DNA of 64,000 nt from Scenedesmus sp. PABB004 (Eukaryota). Shown here piece by piece: positions 21,301 to 33,161 of the stretch. The stretch is taken from the NCBI GenBank assembly GCA_014905635.1, contig CM026547.1, positions 1,426,001 to 1,490,000 of the forward strand, written 5' to 3'. Under the pieces are notes generated by a model that worked only from the letters and a program-made list of their open reading frames with translations, had not been told where the DNA came from and searched no databases. Numbering within the stretch: the first letter of the stretch is position 1; each line of letters opens with the position of its first letter. A program made the position numbers and the translations under genes.

Positions 21301-24300
21301 TAGGTGGCCGAGGTGACCTCGTCGATGCCCATGAACCGCCCCACAGCCCACCCCGCGAGCAGCGCCGCGCCTGGCCACGAGCGTGGGCGCACGCGGCGGG
21401 CGCGGCGTGAGGCGGCGGCCGCAGCGCGCGCGGCGCGGGGCGGGGCGGGGCGGGGCGGGCGGCGGCGCCGCTGCGCGCTGCCCTGCCCGGCGGCGGCGGC
21501 GGCTGCAGCGGCGGCGGCGGCTCACCGGGGATGGCGTAGAGGCTGTTGTGCTCGATGGGGTCGTCGGGGCGCTTGAACATGTCGAGCATGCGCTGCGTGA
21601 TGGTGAAGCCGCCGCCGATGTTGACCGCGCTCGCGAGCACCGCGAGCGCGGCGAGCCCCTGCGCCGCGTTGCCGGGGAGCAGGCCGCCGCCGGCGAGCAC
21701 GATGCCGCCGACGGCGGTGAGGCCGCTGATCGCGTTGGTCACGCTCATGAGCGGGCTGTGCAGCGCGGGCGACACGCCCCACACGGTCTGGTAGCCGCAG
21801 ATCGAGGCGAGGCCAAACTTGGTGAGCATCCCGCTGAACGCGGGGCCCGGCGACACCGCGCCGATCGCGAGCGTCGCCGCCGCGGCGCCCGTGGTCGTGA
21901 GCGCGTTGCGCAGCGTGTCGGGGTAGAGGTCCTTGGGCCCCGCCGACGCCTCGTCGGCCTTGGACGCCTTGGGCGGCGGCGGCGGCGCCGCGGCCGCGGC
22001 CGGCGGCGGCGCGGGCCAGCGCATCTCGCCCTCGTCCAGCACCAGCGCGCCGCGCACCTGCGGCGCCGGCGGCAGCGCGGCGGCGGCGCGGAGTCGGCGC
22101 CTCGCGCGCCGCTGCGCTGGGCGGCGCTGTGCCGGCGCGCGCTGCGTGCTGCTGTGTCGCTGCGCGTCGCACCGCCTCGTCGTCGTAGTCGACCACAAAC
22201 TCGTCCTTCTTGCCCGTCGTGAAGGGGCCCATGGAGAGCAGGAACTTGCTGATGTTGTTGCTGTACAGCGTGCTGCTCTGCGGGGCGCCGCCGCGAGCGC
22301 GGGCGCAGGCGCGCGGGCGCGTGGGCGGGCGCCGCGCCGCCGCGCCGCCGCGCCGCCGCGCGCGGCCGTCGGCAGCAGCCGCCGGCGCCGCGCGCCGCGC
22401 GCGCGCCTGCGTGGGCAGGCGGCTGGGCAGGTCGGTGTAGCCGATGACGACCTGGCCGTGCGGCGTCTTGACGACCTGCCCCGCCTGCGTGTAGCCGATG
22501 TTGCCGCCCGCCTCGGCCGCGAGATCGACGAGCACGCTGCCCGGCTTCATGATGTCCACCATGTCGGGCGTGATCAGCAGCGGCGCCTTCTTGCCGGGGA
22601 TGAGCGCGGTGGAGATGATGATGTCGACCTCGCCGCACTGCTCGCGGAACAGCGCCATCTGGCGCGCCGCGGCGGCGGCGGCGGCGGCGGCATTGGAGCG
22701 GGGCACGGCGGGCGGCAGCGGGCGGCAGCGCGGCAGCGCGGGCACGCGGCGCACCTCGGCGTCGATGAACTCCTTGGACATCTCCTTGGCGTAGCCGCCG
22801 CCGCCCTCGCCGCTCTCCTCAATGTCCACCTTCCCGCAACGAGCGCGTCGGCGGCGCGCGGGTCGGCGGCGCAGCGCCGGGCGCGCGCGGCAGCTGGCAG
22901 CCGCCGCGCGGGCGGCGGCGCGCCGCACCGTGAGGAACTCGGCGCCGAGCGACTTGGCCTGCTCGCGCACGGCCTCGCGCGTGTCAAACACGCGCACGAT
23001 CGCGCCCATGCTCTTGGCGCAGCCAATCGCGGCGAGGCCCGCGACGCCGCCGCCGATGACGAGCACCTTGGCGGGCGGCACCTTGCCCGCGGCGGTGATC
23101 TGGCCGGTGAAGAAGCGGCCAAAGTGGTGCGCCGCCTCGATTACGGCCCTGCGCCGCGGCCGGGTGCGCCCGGGCGCGCAGCGGCGCGGGCGCGGCGGCG
23201 TGAGCGGGCTGGGCTGGCAGCGAGCCGCGCGGCCGCGCCGCGCCGCGCGCCGGGTGGTCCCTCCCGTCGCTCCCACCTGTAGCCGGCGATGTTGGCCATG
23301 GAGCTGAGGGAGTCAAAGGTCTGCGCGCGGCTCAGCGTGCGAGGGATGCAGTCCATGCCTGCCGAGAGGAGGCGGCGCGGGCAGGGCACGGGGCGGGGCG
23401 GGGGTCAGACAGACAGACAGGCAGGCAGACCGCAGCGCCCGCCCGCCCGCGGCGGCGCCGCCGCGCGCGCCGCCGCGCGGGCGCGCCCCGCGTCGCTGGC
23501 CGGCCGGCCGGCCGCGCACCGATCACGGTGGCCTTCTTGGCCTGCAGCTTGTCCACCAGCTCCTGGTTGCGGCTGGGGTAGATGTAGCTGATCAGCCTGG
23601 GTGCGGCGCGCGGGCCGGCGGGGCGGCGCGTCGGCCGCGGCGGCGGCGCAAGCAAACGCGGCGCCGCGGCCGCGGCGCCCGGCGCGGCCGCCGCCGGCCC
23701 GCCCCGGCTGCGGGCCGGCGCGCGCGGCCCTGCTCTGCTGCGCGCCCGCGCGCGCTTCCGCCCTCCGCGCCCCCGCGCGGCTGGCTTGCGACGCACTTGG
23801 CGCGCTCCTTGAGCATGTCGGCCTCCTCCAGCGTGGGCGGGCGGACCTTGAGCACGATGTCGGCCTTGAGGCTCGACGCCGCGTCCACCAGCGTCGCGCC
23901 CGCGGCCGCGTAGTCCTCGTCCTGCGCGGCGCGCGGCGGCGGCGGCGGCGCGGGCGTGGGCGGGCCGCGCGGCGGCGGAGGGGGCGACCGCGCTGCGCTG
24001 CGCTGCGCTGCGCGCTGCGGTGGCGGCGCGTGCGCCCGCGCCCGCGGCCCTGTGCGCGCGCACCGAGAAATCGGAGCCCTCGCCGGCGCCCTTCTGGACG
24101 CGAACCTCCTTGAAGCCCGCCTTGAGCAGGTTGCGCACGACCGTCGGCGTAACCGCCACGCGCTTCTCGCCCTCAAAGATCTCCTTGGGCACGCCTGCGC
24201 GCCGCGCCGGGCGGCGGGGGCACGCGTCAGCCCCTCGGCGCGGCGGGACGCGGGGCGCCGCAGCACCGGCGACCGCGGGCGGCGCGCCCGGGCGGGCGCA

Positions 24301-24683
24301 CCCAGGGCGAGGTCCTTGTACGCGACCGGCGCGTGCTCGGCGACGTAGTTCTGGACGCGCAGGGCGCGCCGGGAGGTCGCCGCGGGCCGCCGCAGCGGCG
24401 CCGGGCGCGGGGCGGGGCGGCCCGACAGCGCGCGGCGTGCCGAGCTGCGGGATGGGCGTGCGGTGGCGGGCGCAGGCGCCGGCGGGCGTTGATCTCCAGC
24501 TGCGAGGCCTGATCCTCCGCCTACGCGCCAAGTCGGCGTGAAGGAGCCCGCGGCGCGCCCGCCCCGAGACGGGGGCGCCGAGACCGCCGCGCACCTGGCC
24601 ATCGCCATCACCGGGCGGCGACACGTGGCGGGACGGGCGGGGACGGCCCCCAGGCCGCCGGCGCGAGTCAGGGCGGCCTGCAT
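18307..24683 (-). CDS. NNT: Proton-translocating NAD(P) transhydrogenase, fused alpha-beta type
   Basis: [108 protein letters not shown]; start codon inferred; minus-strand TGTAA at 17754-17758. Confidence 0.97.
18806..19012. repeat. Intronic GT-rich tract followed by (GAGAGAGG)n purine tract
   Basis: GTGGGT-like repeats, then about 8 copies of GGAGAGAG. Confidence 0.85.
19350..19490. repeat. Intronic (GCGGT/GCGGG)n microsatellite
   Basis: Repeated GCGGTGCGGG units in an NNT intron. Confidence 0.75.
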
Positions 24684-25324
24684 GGCGCGCGGGGGGCGGC
24701 GAGAGATGGATGTGCTGCTCCGGAGGCCGCGCCCCGCCGCTGCTCGATCTGGCTGCGCGTGTGGGTTCGCCGGTGTCGGCGTCGGCGTGTGGGGGCCGCA
24801 GAGTGGACGGCGGGCCGCCTTCGACGGCCTTCGTTCGAGGCGTGTTGCGCCAGGTGGCAGCCGAATCGACCTGAGCCGCGGCGTCGGCCGCGGCGCAGCG
24901 TGGCGGCCTCTGGAGGTCCCGGGCATGTCGAGCCGCGCAGCGGCAGCGGCGGCGCGGGCGCGCGCGGCCGGCAGCGGCGGCGGCAGAGCGGCGCCGCGGC
25001 AGCAGCTGCGGGGCGCCCGGCACGCGCGCTGCGGCTCCGGCCCGTCGCCCAGGGCCGGCCGGAGGCGAACTTCCTGCGCGCGTCTCCGCGCGAGGTCGCC
25101 GCCGCCGCGGCGCCGGCGGGTCAACCGCGCCCGCGGTGGGCGGGCGCGCCCGATGTCGCTGCGCACGCCGGCCGCGCCCGCATACACAACGCGCCCTGCG
25201 CCAGCCCGCCGTGTGCGTCGCGCGCGCCCCCGCGGCCTCGCCCGCCACTCGCTGCTGCTGCCGCACTCGCGCGCTCGATTGCCCGCGCCGCGAGCGCGAA
25301 AACTGCGGCAGTGACCCCGGCGCC

Positions 25325-26823
25325 ATGGCGGCGCTCGTGCGCGGCCTGGGGAGCAGCCTGCTGCGGGGCGGCAGCAGCGGCCGGCTGCTGCTGCCCGCGG
25401 TGCAGCCGGCGCGGCCGTTCCGCACCAGCCTGGTCGTGCAGATGGGCCGGCGGTCAGCCAAGATTGCGCTGCGCAAGGTGGGTGGGGCGCGCGGGAGGCG
25501 GCGGTGCCGGCGGCGCCCTCGCAGCAGCGCCCGAGCCGGCGGCCGGGCGCTGCGCTCTGCCGCGCCTGCACGGCAGGGCAAGGCCGACGCCAAGAAGGCC
25601 AAGGTGTACGGCCGCATTGGCAAGAAGCTCATCCAGCTGTGAGCGCCGCCGCCGCGGCTGGCCGCCGAGAGCTGGCCCCTCGGCCTGCGCTGCCCCTACC
25701 TCTGCCTCGGCGCGCCGCTCCGCCGGCAGCGCGCGCCGACCTCCGCCGCCCACCCGCGGCGCTGCGAGTGCGCAGCGTCAAGGCGGGCGGGCCCGACCCC
25801 GTGGGGAACTCGAAGCTCGGCGACCTGCTGAAGCAGGCGAAGGACCTGGGCGTGCCCAAGGACATCATCGAGCGCAACATCAAGAAGGCCAGCGACGCAA
25901 AGCAGGGAGACTTCCAGGAGGTGCGCCCGCCGCCGTCGCCGCCGCGGCCCCGCGCAGCGCGCGCCGAAGCCTGCGCAGCGAGGCCCTCCCCCGCGCGCGG
26001 CGCCGCGGCGCGCGACGCCGCGGCGCGCGCCCGCCGTGCCGCCGCAGTGCATCTACGAGGCGTACGGCCCGGGCGGCACGGGGTTCATCATTGAGGCGCT
26101 CACAGACAACGTCAACCGCACAGCAGGCGCGCGGCCAGTCACCGCGCGCACGCAGCGGGAGCCGCCGCCCGGCAGGGGGAGGGGGCCTCCAGGCCCGGCG
26201 CCGCAGCTGCGGCACGCCGCGCTGAGCGCCCGCGCCCGCGCGCGCGCAGGCGACGTCAAGTCGGCCATCACCAAGGGCGGCGGCAAGCCCGCCGACAGCG
26301 GCAGCGTGCTCTTCAACTTCATGCGCCAGGGCCAGGTGAGGGACAGGTGCCACGCGCCCACACCCCGCCCGCCCGGCGCCCTGCGCCGCCGCCGCCCGCC
26401 CGCCCGCCCGCCCGCCCGGCGCCGCGGCGGCGCCGCCAACCCCGCGCCGCGCCGTGCCCCGCGCCGTGCCGCGCCCCGCGCCGCGCCGCGCAGGTGCTGG
26501 TCGTGGGCGGGGACGAGGACGCGGTGTTTGAGGCGGCGATCGAGGCGGGCGCGGACGACGTGCAGCCCGTGTTTGACGACGATGGCGCGCCGACGGCCGA
26601 CTTCCGGCTTTTCACGCCGGTCGAGGCCTTTGGCAGCGCGATCGCGAAGCTGCGGGAGCTGGGGCTGCAGGTCAACGTGGAGGAGAGCGAGCTCGTGTAC
26701 CGCGGCACCGCGGAGGTCGCGGTCGACGACGAGGCGTTTGGCAAGTGCGAGGCGCTGCTCGACCGCCTGCTCGAGCTCGACGACGTCGACAGCGTCTACA
26801 CCAACTGCGAGGGCCTCGCCTGA
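25325..26823 (+). CDS. YebC/PmpR/TACO1 family protein, organelle-targeted
   Basis: [70 protein letters not shown]. Confidence 0.93.
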
Positions 26824-26873
26824 GCCGGCGCGCCAGCGCGCAGCGCGCGGGGCGCGCGGCGCAAGCTGGGGGC

Positions 26874-27045
26874 CGACGCGGTTCTAGGCCGCCGCCGCCG
26901 CCGAGCTGTCGGCCGTGGCAGCTGGCCGCAACCTGCAGTCGGGCGCAGCAGCCGCCACAGCGCGCGCCGGGTAACGTCGCGGCGCGACGCGGTTCTAGGC
27001 CGCCGCCGCCGAGCTGTCGGCCGTGGCAGCTGGCCGCAACCTGCA
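26874..27045 (+). repeat. Two ~62-bp direct repeats (26874-26937, 26985-27045)
   Basis: CGACGCGGTTCTAG(GCC)nGAGCTGTCGGCCGTGGCAGCTGGCCGCAACCTGCA twice, differing by one GCC. Confidence 0.9.
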
Positions 27046-27205
27046 TTCGGGGGCAGCGGCGCGGGCCCGGGCGCCGCCGGCTGGGTCGGGCGCAGCCAGC
27101 GAGCGGCGGCAGCCAGCGCCGGCGGCGAGCCGCGGCGAGCCTGGGCACGCAGCGCCGACGGCTCCACCGCAGCGCCCCCGTACGGCGTTTGACACACTGC
27201 TGGCC

Positions 27206-28116
27206 ATGGCGCCCGCCCGCGCGGGCGCCCTGCTGCTCTGTGCGGCGCTGTGCTCGGCGGCGGTCGGCGCGGCGGCGTCGCCGCTGCTGGACGACCTGGC
27301 GCCCGTGGCGCCCCACGCGGCGCGCACCAGCGATGATCAGCTGCGCCGGAGCCTCCGCACGGCGGCGGGCCTGCTGGCGCGGGCGGGCGGCGCGGCGGGG
27401 AGCCAACCGCTGCTCGCGTACGCCAACCACCTCCGCGCGGTGCTCTCGCGCGACTGCTGCGACTACTTCACCGCCCTGCCGCTGATGCGGGAGCTGGAAG
27501 GGTCCCTTGGGGAGGTGCTGGACGCGGAGGCGCCGCAGCTGGCGGCCACGCTGCTGCCGGCGGTGCGGCGCGCGCACGTCGCCGCCGTCTGGCTCCTGCA
27601 GCGCAGCCCGCAGTTCAAATGGGACACCGCGCAGCTGCGCCAGCTCGCGGAGGCAGGCTTCGCGAGGTGCGGCGCGGCCACCGGGAGGGCCGGGAGGGCG
27701 CGCGGCGGCGCGGGCCAGCGCGCTGCCAGCGCCGCGCGGCCGGCCGAGCGCCGCCCGCGCCGCCACCGCGCAGGCTCTACCGCGCGCACCTGGCCCGCGC
27801 GTCGGGGCGGCCCATCGCGTTCCACCACGTCAGCAAGAGCGGCGGCACGAGCCTGTGCGTGCTCGCGCGCGGCAACGGCTGCCGCGGCCCCGTCATGAAC
27901 CGCGCGGCAAACTGCATGATCGACCCGGGGTGCGCGGCGACGCGGCGCGGCGCGGCGCGGAGGCCCGCGCGGCCGCTGCGCAGCTGGGCGCGGCGCGGCA
28001 GCCCGGCTGACCCGCCGCCGTCGCCGCCGGCGCAGCCTGGACGGCCCCAAGTGGGTGCTGCGGCACCACGTGCTGCTCGACAACGGCCTGCCGCTGCCGC
28101 CGCCGCCGGCGCCGCC

Positions 28117-28153
<37 letters not shown>

Positions 28154-28176
28154 CCCCCCGCGCGTGGCGGTCACGG

Positions 28177-28208
<32 letters not shown>

Positions 28209-29695
28209 GCGACGACGGCGCGGCCGCGTTTCAGGACGGCTTTGGCTTTGGGTCGGGCGCACTGTTTGGCCCCGAGCCGATGGCGGCGGCCGCCGCGGCC
28301 GCCGCGGCGACGCCGGCGGCGCACGAGTGGTTTTTGTACGACTGCGCCGCGCTGTCGGCGGAGCAGGCGGGCCACGGCTGCGCCGCGCGCGCCGCGGCGG
28401 CCGCCGGGCGGGCGGCGACGTTCTTCGCCAACGAGCACGCGCTGCCGCGGACGGGGGGCGCGCCCGAGGTGTGCCCCGGGACCACCAACGTGGTGATGCT
28501 GCGCGAGGCGCTGGGCGAGGCGGTGTCGCTCATGGGCGAGGTCTCGGCCGTCTACACGCGCCTGCTGCGCCGGCACAGCCGCGTCAGCTGGGCGCCGCCG
28601 CGCACCGACCTGTCCTGGTGGGTCGAGCGCGCGCCAGCGGTGGTCGGCAGCTACGCCGCGCGCACGCTGCTCGGCTCGCCCGCGTTCTGCCCGCCGCCGG
28701 CGCGCGGCGGCGGCGCCGCGTCGCTCGTGCTGGGCGAGGCCGACGTCGGCGCGGCGCTGAAGGCGCTGTACCGGTTCGATGTCGTCCTCGACCTGGGCAG
28801 CCCCGAGCTCACCGACGTCCTGCTGCCGCGCCTGCTCGGCTGGACGCGGCAGCGCTTCACTGAGCTCGAGCCGCAGCGCAGCACACGCCCGCCGGCCCCG
28901 CTGACCTGGGCCGAGCTGGAGCACCTGGCGCGCCAGACGGCGGCGCCGCTGCGAACGGTGGCGGCCGCGCGGGGCTGGAGCAGCAGCAGCAGCAGCAGCG
29001 GTGACGGCGGCACCGGCAAGGACAGCGGCGTTGAGGGTGGCAGCGGCGGTGAGGGCGGAAGCAGCAGCGCGGGCGGCGACGGCAGCGAGGGCACCAGCAG
29101 CAGCAGCGGGGGCAGCAGCAGGAGCAGCAGCGGGGGCAGCAGCGGGGGCGGCAGCCGGCCGGCCGGGGCGCTGGACCCGGACGAGGCCAAGCGGCTGGTC
29201 GCGGACGCGCGCGTGCGCGCCGCGTACGCGGCGGCCGGCGGCGGCCACGTGCTGTGGCCGATCAGCAACGCCAGCTCGCGGCCGCAGCCGCCGCCCGAGG
29301 CCGCGGTCGCGGCGGCGCTGGCGGAGGTCGCCCGCACGCGGGCCTCGCACGCGACGGCCGCCAAGGACGCCGAGATGGGCGGGCACGTGGTGGTGCGGCT
29401 CACCGAGGCGGCGGCGGGCGGCGCCGGTGCGGCTGGCGAGACGGGCACGTTTCACGTGTGGCCGCGGCACGGCGTGGTGCTGGAGGAGCGGCAGTTCCGC
29501 GAGCTTGTCGCGCTCACCGCGGCCGACCGCACGCTGCACGCGCATGCAACGACGCTGCAGCTGCTGGACGCGGCGTGGGCGAGCGCGGTGGCGGCGCAGC
29601 GCGACGCGGCCGCGCTGCTGGAAGAGGCGGCGCCGGGGGCGGGCGGCCTCGACGCGTGCGGCTTGGCGGGCCCGGGCCTGGGCGAGGCACGATGA
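27206..29695 (+). CDS. Secreted/Golgi sulfotransferase-like protein
   Basis: Signal peptide; IAFHHVSKSGGTSLC resembles the 5'-PSB loop and VVMLREALGEAVS the 3'-PB motif; poly-Pro, poly-Asp and Ser/Gly inserts. Confidence 0.6.
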
Positions 29696-29807
29696 CTCCG
29701 CGGCTGCGCGCGGTCGCCGGTGCGTGGCAACGTCTCCTTACAGCGCTGCCCCGACCGCCGCCGCGCCGCTGCGCCTGCGGCCCGCACCGGCCGCCGCTCG
29801 CGCGGTG

Positions 29808-30051
29808 TCAGGCCGCGCCGCTCTGCTGCCGCTTGCGCGCGAGGTAGCGCTCACGCGCCGCCGCGACCGAGGAGTCGTCGTTCTTGCGCTTGCCGCCGAC
29901 GCCCGCGGGCGGCTCCGCCTGGCGCGCCGGCTGCTCGCCGCCCGGCAACGCGCCGCGGCCGGGCGCCGCCGCCGCGGCAGCCGCCGCTGGCCGTGCAGGC
30001 GGCGGCGACGCGCCGCGCGTGGGCGCCTGCTCGCCGGCCCGGCGGTCCGGC

Positions 30052-30083
<32 letters not shown>

Positions 30084-31209
30084 GTGCTGCTGCTGCTGCA
30101 GCGGCGGCGGTGGCGGGCTGCCCCCAGATGACGAGTGCTGCCGCTGCTGCTCCCGCTGCTCGTCCGCCGCTGCCGCCGCTGGCGGCTCCCCGCCCGGTTG
30201 CGGCTGCTTGGCCGGCGGCGCAGCGCCCCCGAGCGCCACGTTGCGCGCGAGGTTTGTGTAAAAGCCGGCCATGCTGCCGCGCTTGCGCACGTCGTTGCGC
30301 TCCTCGTCCAGCTCCCTGCGCGGCGGCGGCGGCGGCGGCGTGCTCAGCAGCGGCGCGCCCCGAGCCGCGCCGCGCCGCGCGCCCCGCCCCGCGCGCGCCG
30401 CCCCGCCCCGCGGCCGTGCGCCGGCGCGCACTTGAGTCGCTCGCTCTCCTGCCACTTCTTATCCTCCTCCAGCTTGCGCCGGTACGCCGACGTCACAAAC
30501 TTCTCGGTGTTGTCGTACAGGTGGTCCTCCTTCTGGCGCTCCTTGAGCTGCAAGGCGCGGGCGCGCGCGGGCGGGCGGGGGCAGCACGTTGGTGCGCGGC
30601 GGCCGGCGCGGGCGCCCCGGCGGTGCGCGCGCACTGAGTGCGCGGGCGCTGGCGGCGCCGGCGGCGGCGGGCGGCGCCGCGCGGCTCACCATGAGGCGCT
30701 CCTGCGTGATCTCCGACTCGCGCTTGCGCAGCTGCGCCTGCTCGAGCAGCGCGGCGATATACTTCGGCTGCCGCGCCGCCTTTTCCTGCGCGCGCGGCGC
30801 CTCCTTCTGCTCCTGGATGCTGTCATACACGGCGTCGTAGTCGAAGGCGTTGGGGTCCTCCGCCAGCGCCGCCGCGTACATCTCCTGCACCTGCGGCAGC
30901 GGCGGGGCGCGAGCAGCGGCCCGCGTCGGCGCCGCCGCCGGCTCGGCGCCGCGCCGCATGGCCCCGCCGCCGCCGCCCGAGACCCGCAGGCCCGCGCACC
31001 TTGGTGTCCGCCACCTTGCGGGCGGCCTGGCGCGCCACCTGGGCGCCCACGTCCTCCTCATCGTCGCTGTCGCCCCCGAAGGCCGCCAGCCGCGCCCCGG
31101 GCGCCGGCGGGGCGGGCTTCTTGGCCCCCGCCTGGCCCTTGTCGGTGCGGAGGTTGAGGCCGTACTTGACGCCCGGCACGCCCACCATCATGAGCTGCTT
31201 CGGCGGCAT
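29808..31209 (-). CDS. Nuclear speckle splicing regulator NSRP1/CCDC55 (DUF2040) homologue
   Basis: KYGLNL, ALAEDPNAFDYDAVYD, PKYIAALL, EKFVTSAYRRKLEE, AARERYLARKR; minus-strand TGTAA at 29738-29742. Confidence 0.9.
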
Positions 31210-31724
31210 CGCCGCTGCTGCCGCCGCCGCCTGGCGCCGCCTGGCGCCGCCTGGCGCTGCCTGGCGCTGCCGTGTGTGCAGCGGTGGAGGCGTCTGGCGG
31301 CGACGGCGGCGGCCGCACTGGGCTGTCACGGCGGGCGTCGGGGCCCAGCTGCGCTGAACCCGCAGCCCGACGACGCGCTCCCACGACGCAGCGGACGCCC
31401 CCAGGCTTACAGCAGTGCGTTTTGGCAACACGGTTTGCAGTGTCAAGGTTATTATTTTCGGCCCATCCCGCCGGATCGCGGGCGCCGCCGCGCGCTCAGC
31501 TTGCCCCCCGCTCGCACACCTGCCTGCAGCTCACCCCGGCCTGCCCCTCCTCAGCGGGGGCGGGCCCCGACCTACGCTGGCGGTGTGTGCAGAGGGCACA
31601 ACTCGGTCGGGCACTGTCTGACGCCTGGGACGCGTCGGCGTGGCTCGGGCGCTCATGCGCGCGCGATGCGCTCGTGTGAGCGCCCGAGCCACGCCCTTGC
31701 CCCTGCAAGGGCACGGGCAGGTGA

Positions 31725-33161
31725 TCAGTTGCCCTTGCTGAGCAGGGGGTGGCTGGGCAGGCCGACGGTGACCTTCTTCATCGGCACGCAGAGGCACTCC
31801 TGCGTGCAGGTCTTCTTGGGCACGGGCTTGCACGCCTCGACCTCGCTCGTCACGTCCTTGCAGCTCAGCTCCGGGACCTCGTACGAGACGTCCTCGCACA
31901 CATCCTTGCACTCCTGCGCGGCGCGGCGCGGCGCGGCGCGGTCGTGGGCGGCGGCCCGGCGGCGGCGCGGGGGAGGCCGCGCCGCGCGGCGGCGCGGCGG
32001 CGCGGCGGCGCGCGTGCGCGCGCACCACGGTGGGCTTGGGCGCAGCGGCGAGCGCGGCGACGGCCTTGGCGGCGACCGCCTTGGCGACGACGGCCTTGGC
32101 GAGGATGAGGCCCTGCATCTTGCGCCCGACCTTGGCCTCGGCGCTCGCGTCGACCTCGAGCCCGGCCTTGGAGACCTCGACGTCCACCGACTTGCTCACC
32201 GAGACCGCGGGCGCAGCAGCGGGCGCCTCGACGACGGCCGCGGGCTTCTCCAGCGCGGGCACGACGACGGAGCACTGCTTGGAGCACTTCTTGAGCGTCA
32301 TCGGCTTCATCACGGTGAAGCACTCCCTGCAGGGGAGGCGGCGAGGCGGGTGTGGCACGGCGCGGCGCGGCGCGGCGCGGCGCGGCACGCTCGGCGGCGG
32401 GCGGCGCGCGGGCGGCGCGCTCGGCGGCGGGTGGCGGGCGCGAGGCGCGCGAGCCCCTCCCCGCCCCGCCGAGAGGCTGTCGGCAGCAGGTGCGGGGCCG
32501 CGCGGGGCGGCGGGGCGCTCACTTCTTGGTGACCGGCACCTTGGTGCACTCCGTCTCGAGCGTGATCGAGCACTTCGGCGTGCAGACCTGCTGGCACGGC
32601 GCCGCCTCCACCGCGACCGTGGGCAGGGGGACCTTGGGCAGCGTGAGCGACTTCTCCACCGAGATGGTCACGGAGGCATCCTTGTCTGCGTGGGCGGCGG
32701 CGGCCGTGGCGGGCGCGGCGCGCGTCAGCTCGCGGCGGTTGAGCACGCTGTCACGATCGCGCCTGACCGGGCGGCAGCGGCGTGCGATCGTGGTTCTGTG
32801 CTTCTGGGCAGCGCGGCTGGAGCGGGGCGGCCTGGTAGAGGCTCAGGCACGCACCAAAGCCGCCGGCGAGCACCGCCGGGGCCAGGGCCAGGAGGATCAG
32901 GGCGGCCTGTGGGGCGGCGCGGGGTGAGGGGTCGGGCGCGGTGGTCGCTTAGACGGCGGGCCGCGTGGCTCAGCGGCGCGAGCGGCCCGGGGCAGGCCTG
33001 GCCCGATGCGGGCCGGTCGCTCGGAGGCCCGAGCGGCGCGCGCTGCCGCGCAGCCGAGCGCGCGATCGATCTGACGCGACTGTGAATTTTGCGACGGGCC
33101 TGGGCAGCTCAGCCGCGCGGCCGCCGCGCGCCCCGGCCCGCCAGGCGCTCACGAGCTTCAT
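31725..33161 (-). CDS. Secreted Cys/Lys/Val-rich protein (putative cell-wall protein)
   Basis: Spliced signal peptide MKL|AALILLALAPAVLAGGF; two Cys-rich blocks flank AKVGRKMQG; ends ..LLSKGN*; minus-strand TGTAA at 31407-31411. Confidence 0.7.

Noticed and set aside
26874..27045. Repeat-spacer-repeat as a CRISPR-like array
   Set aside because: Only two 62-bp copies, eukaryotic context, and no cas genes
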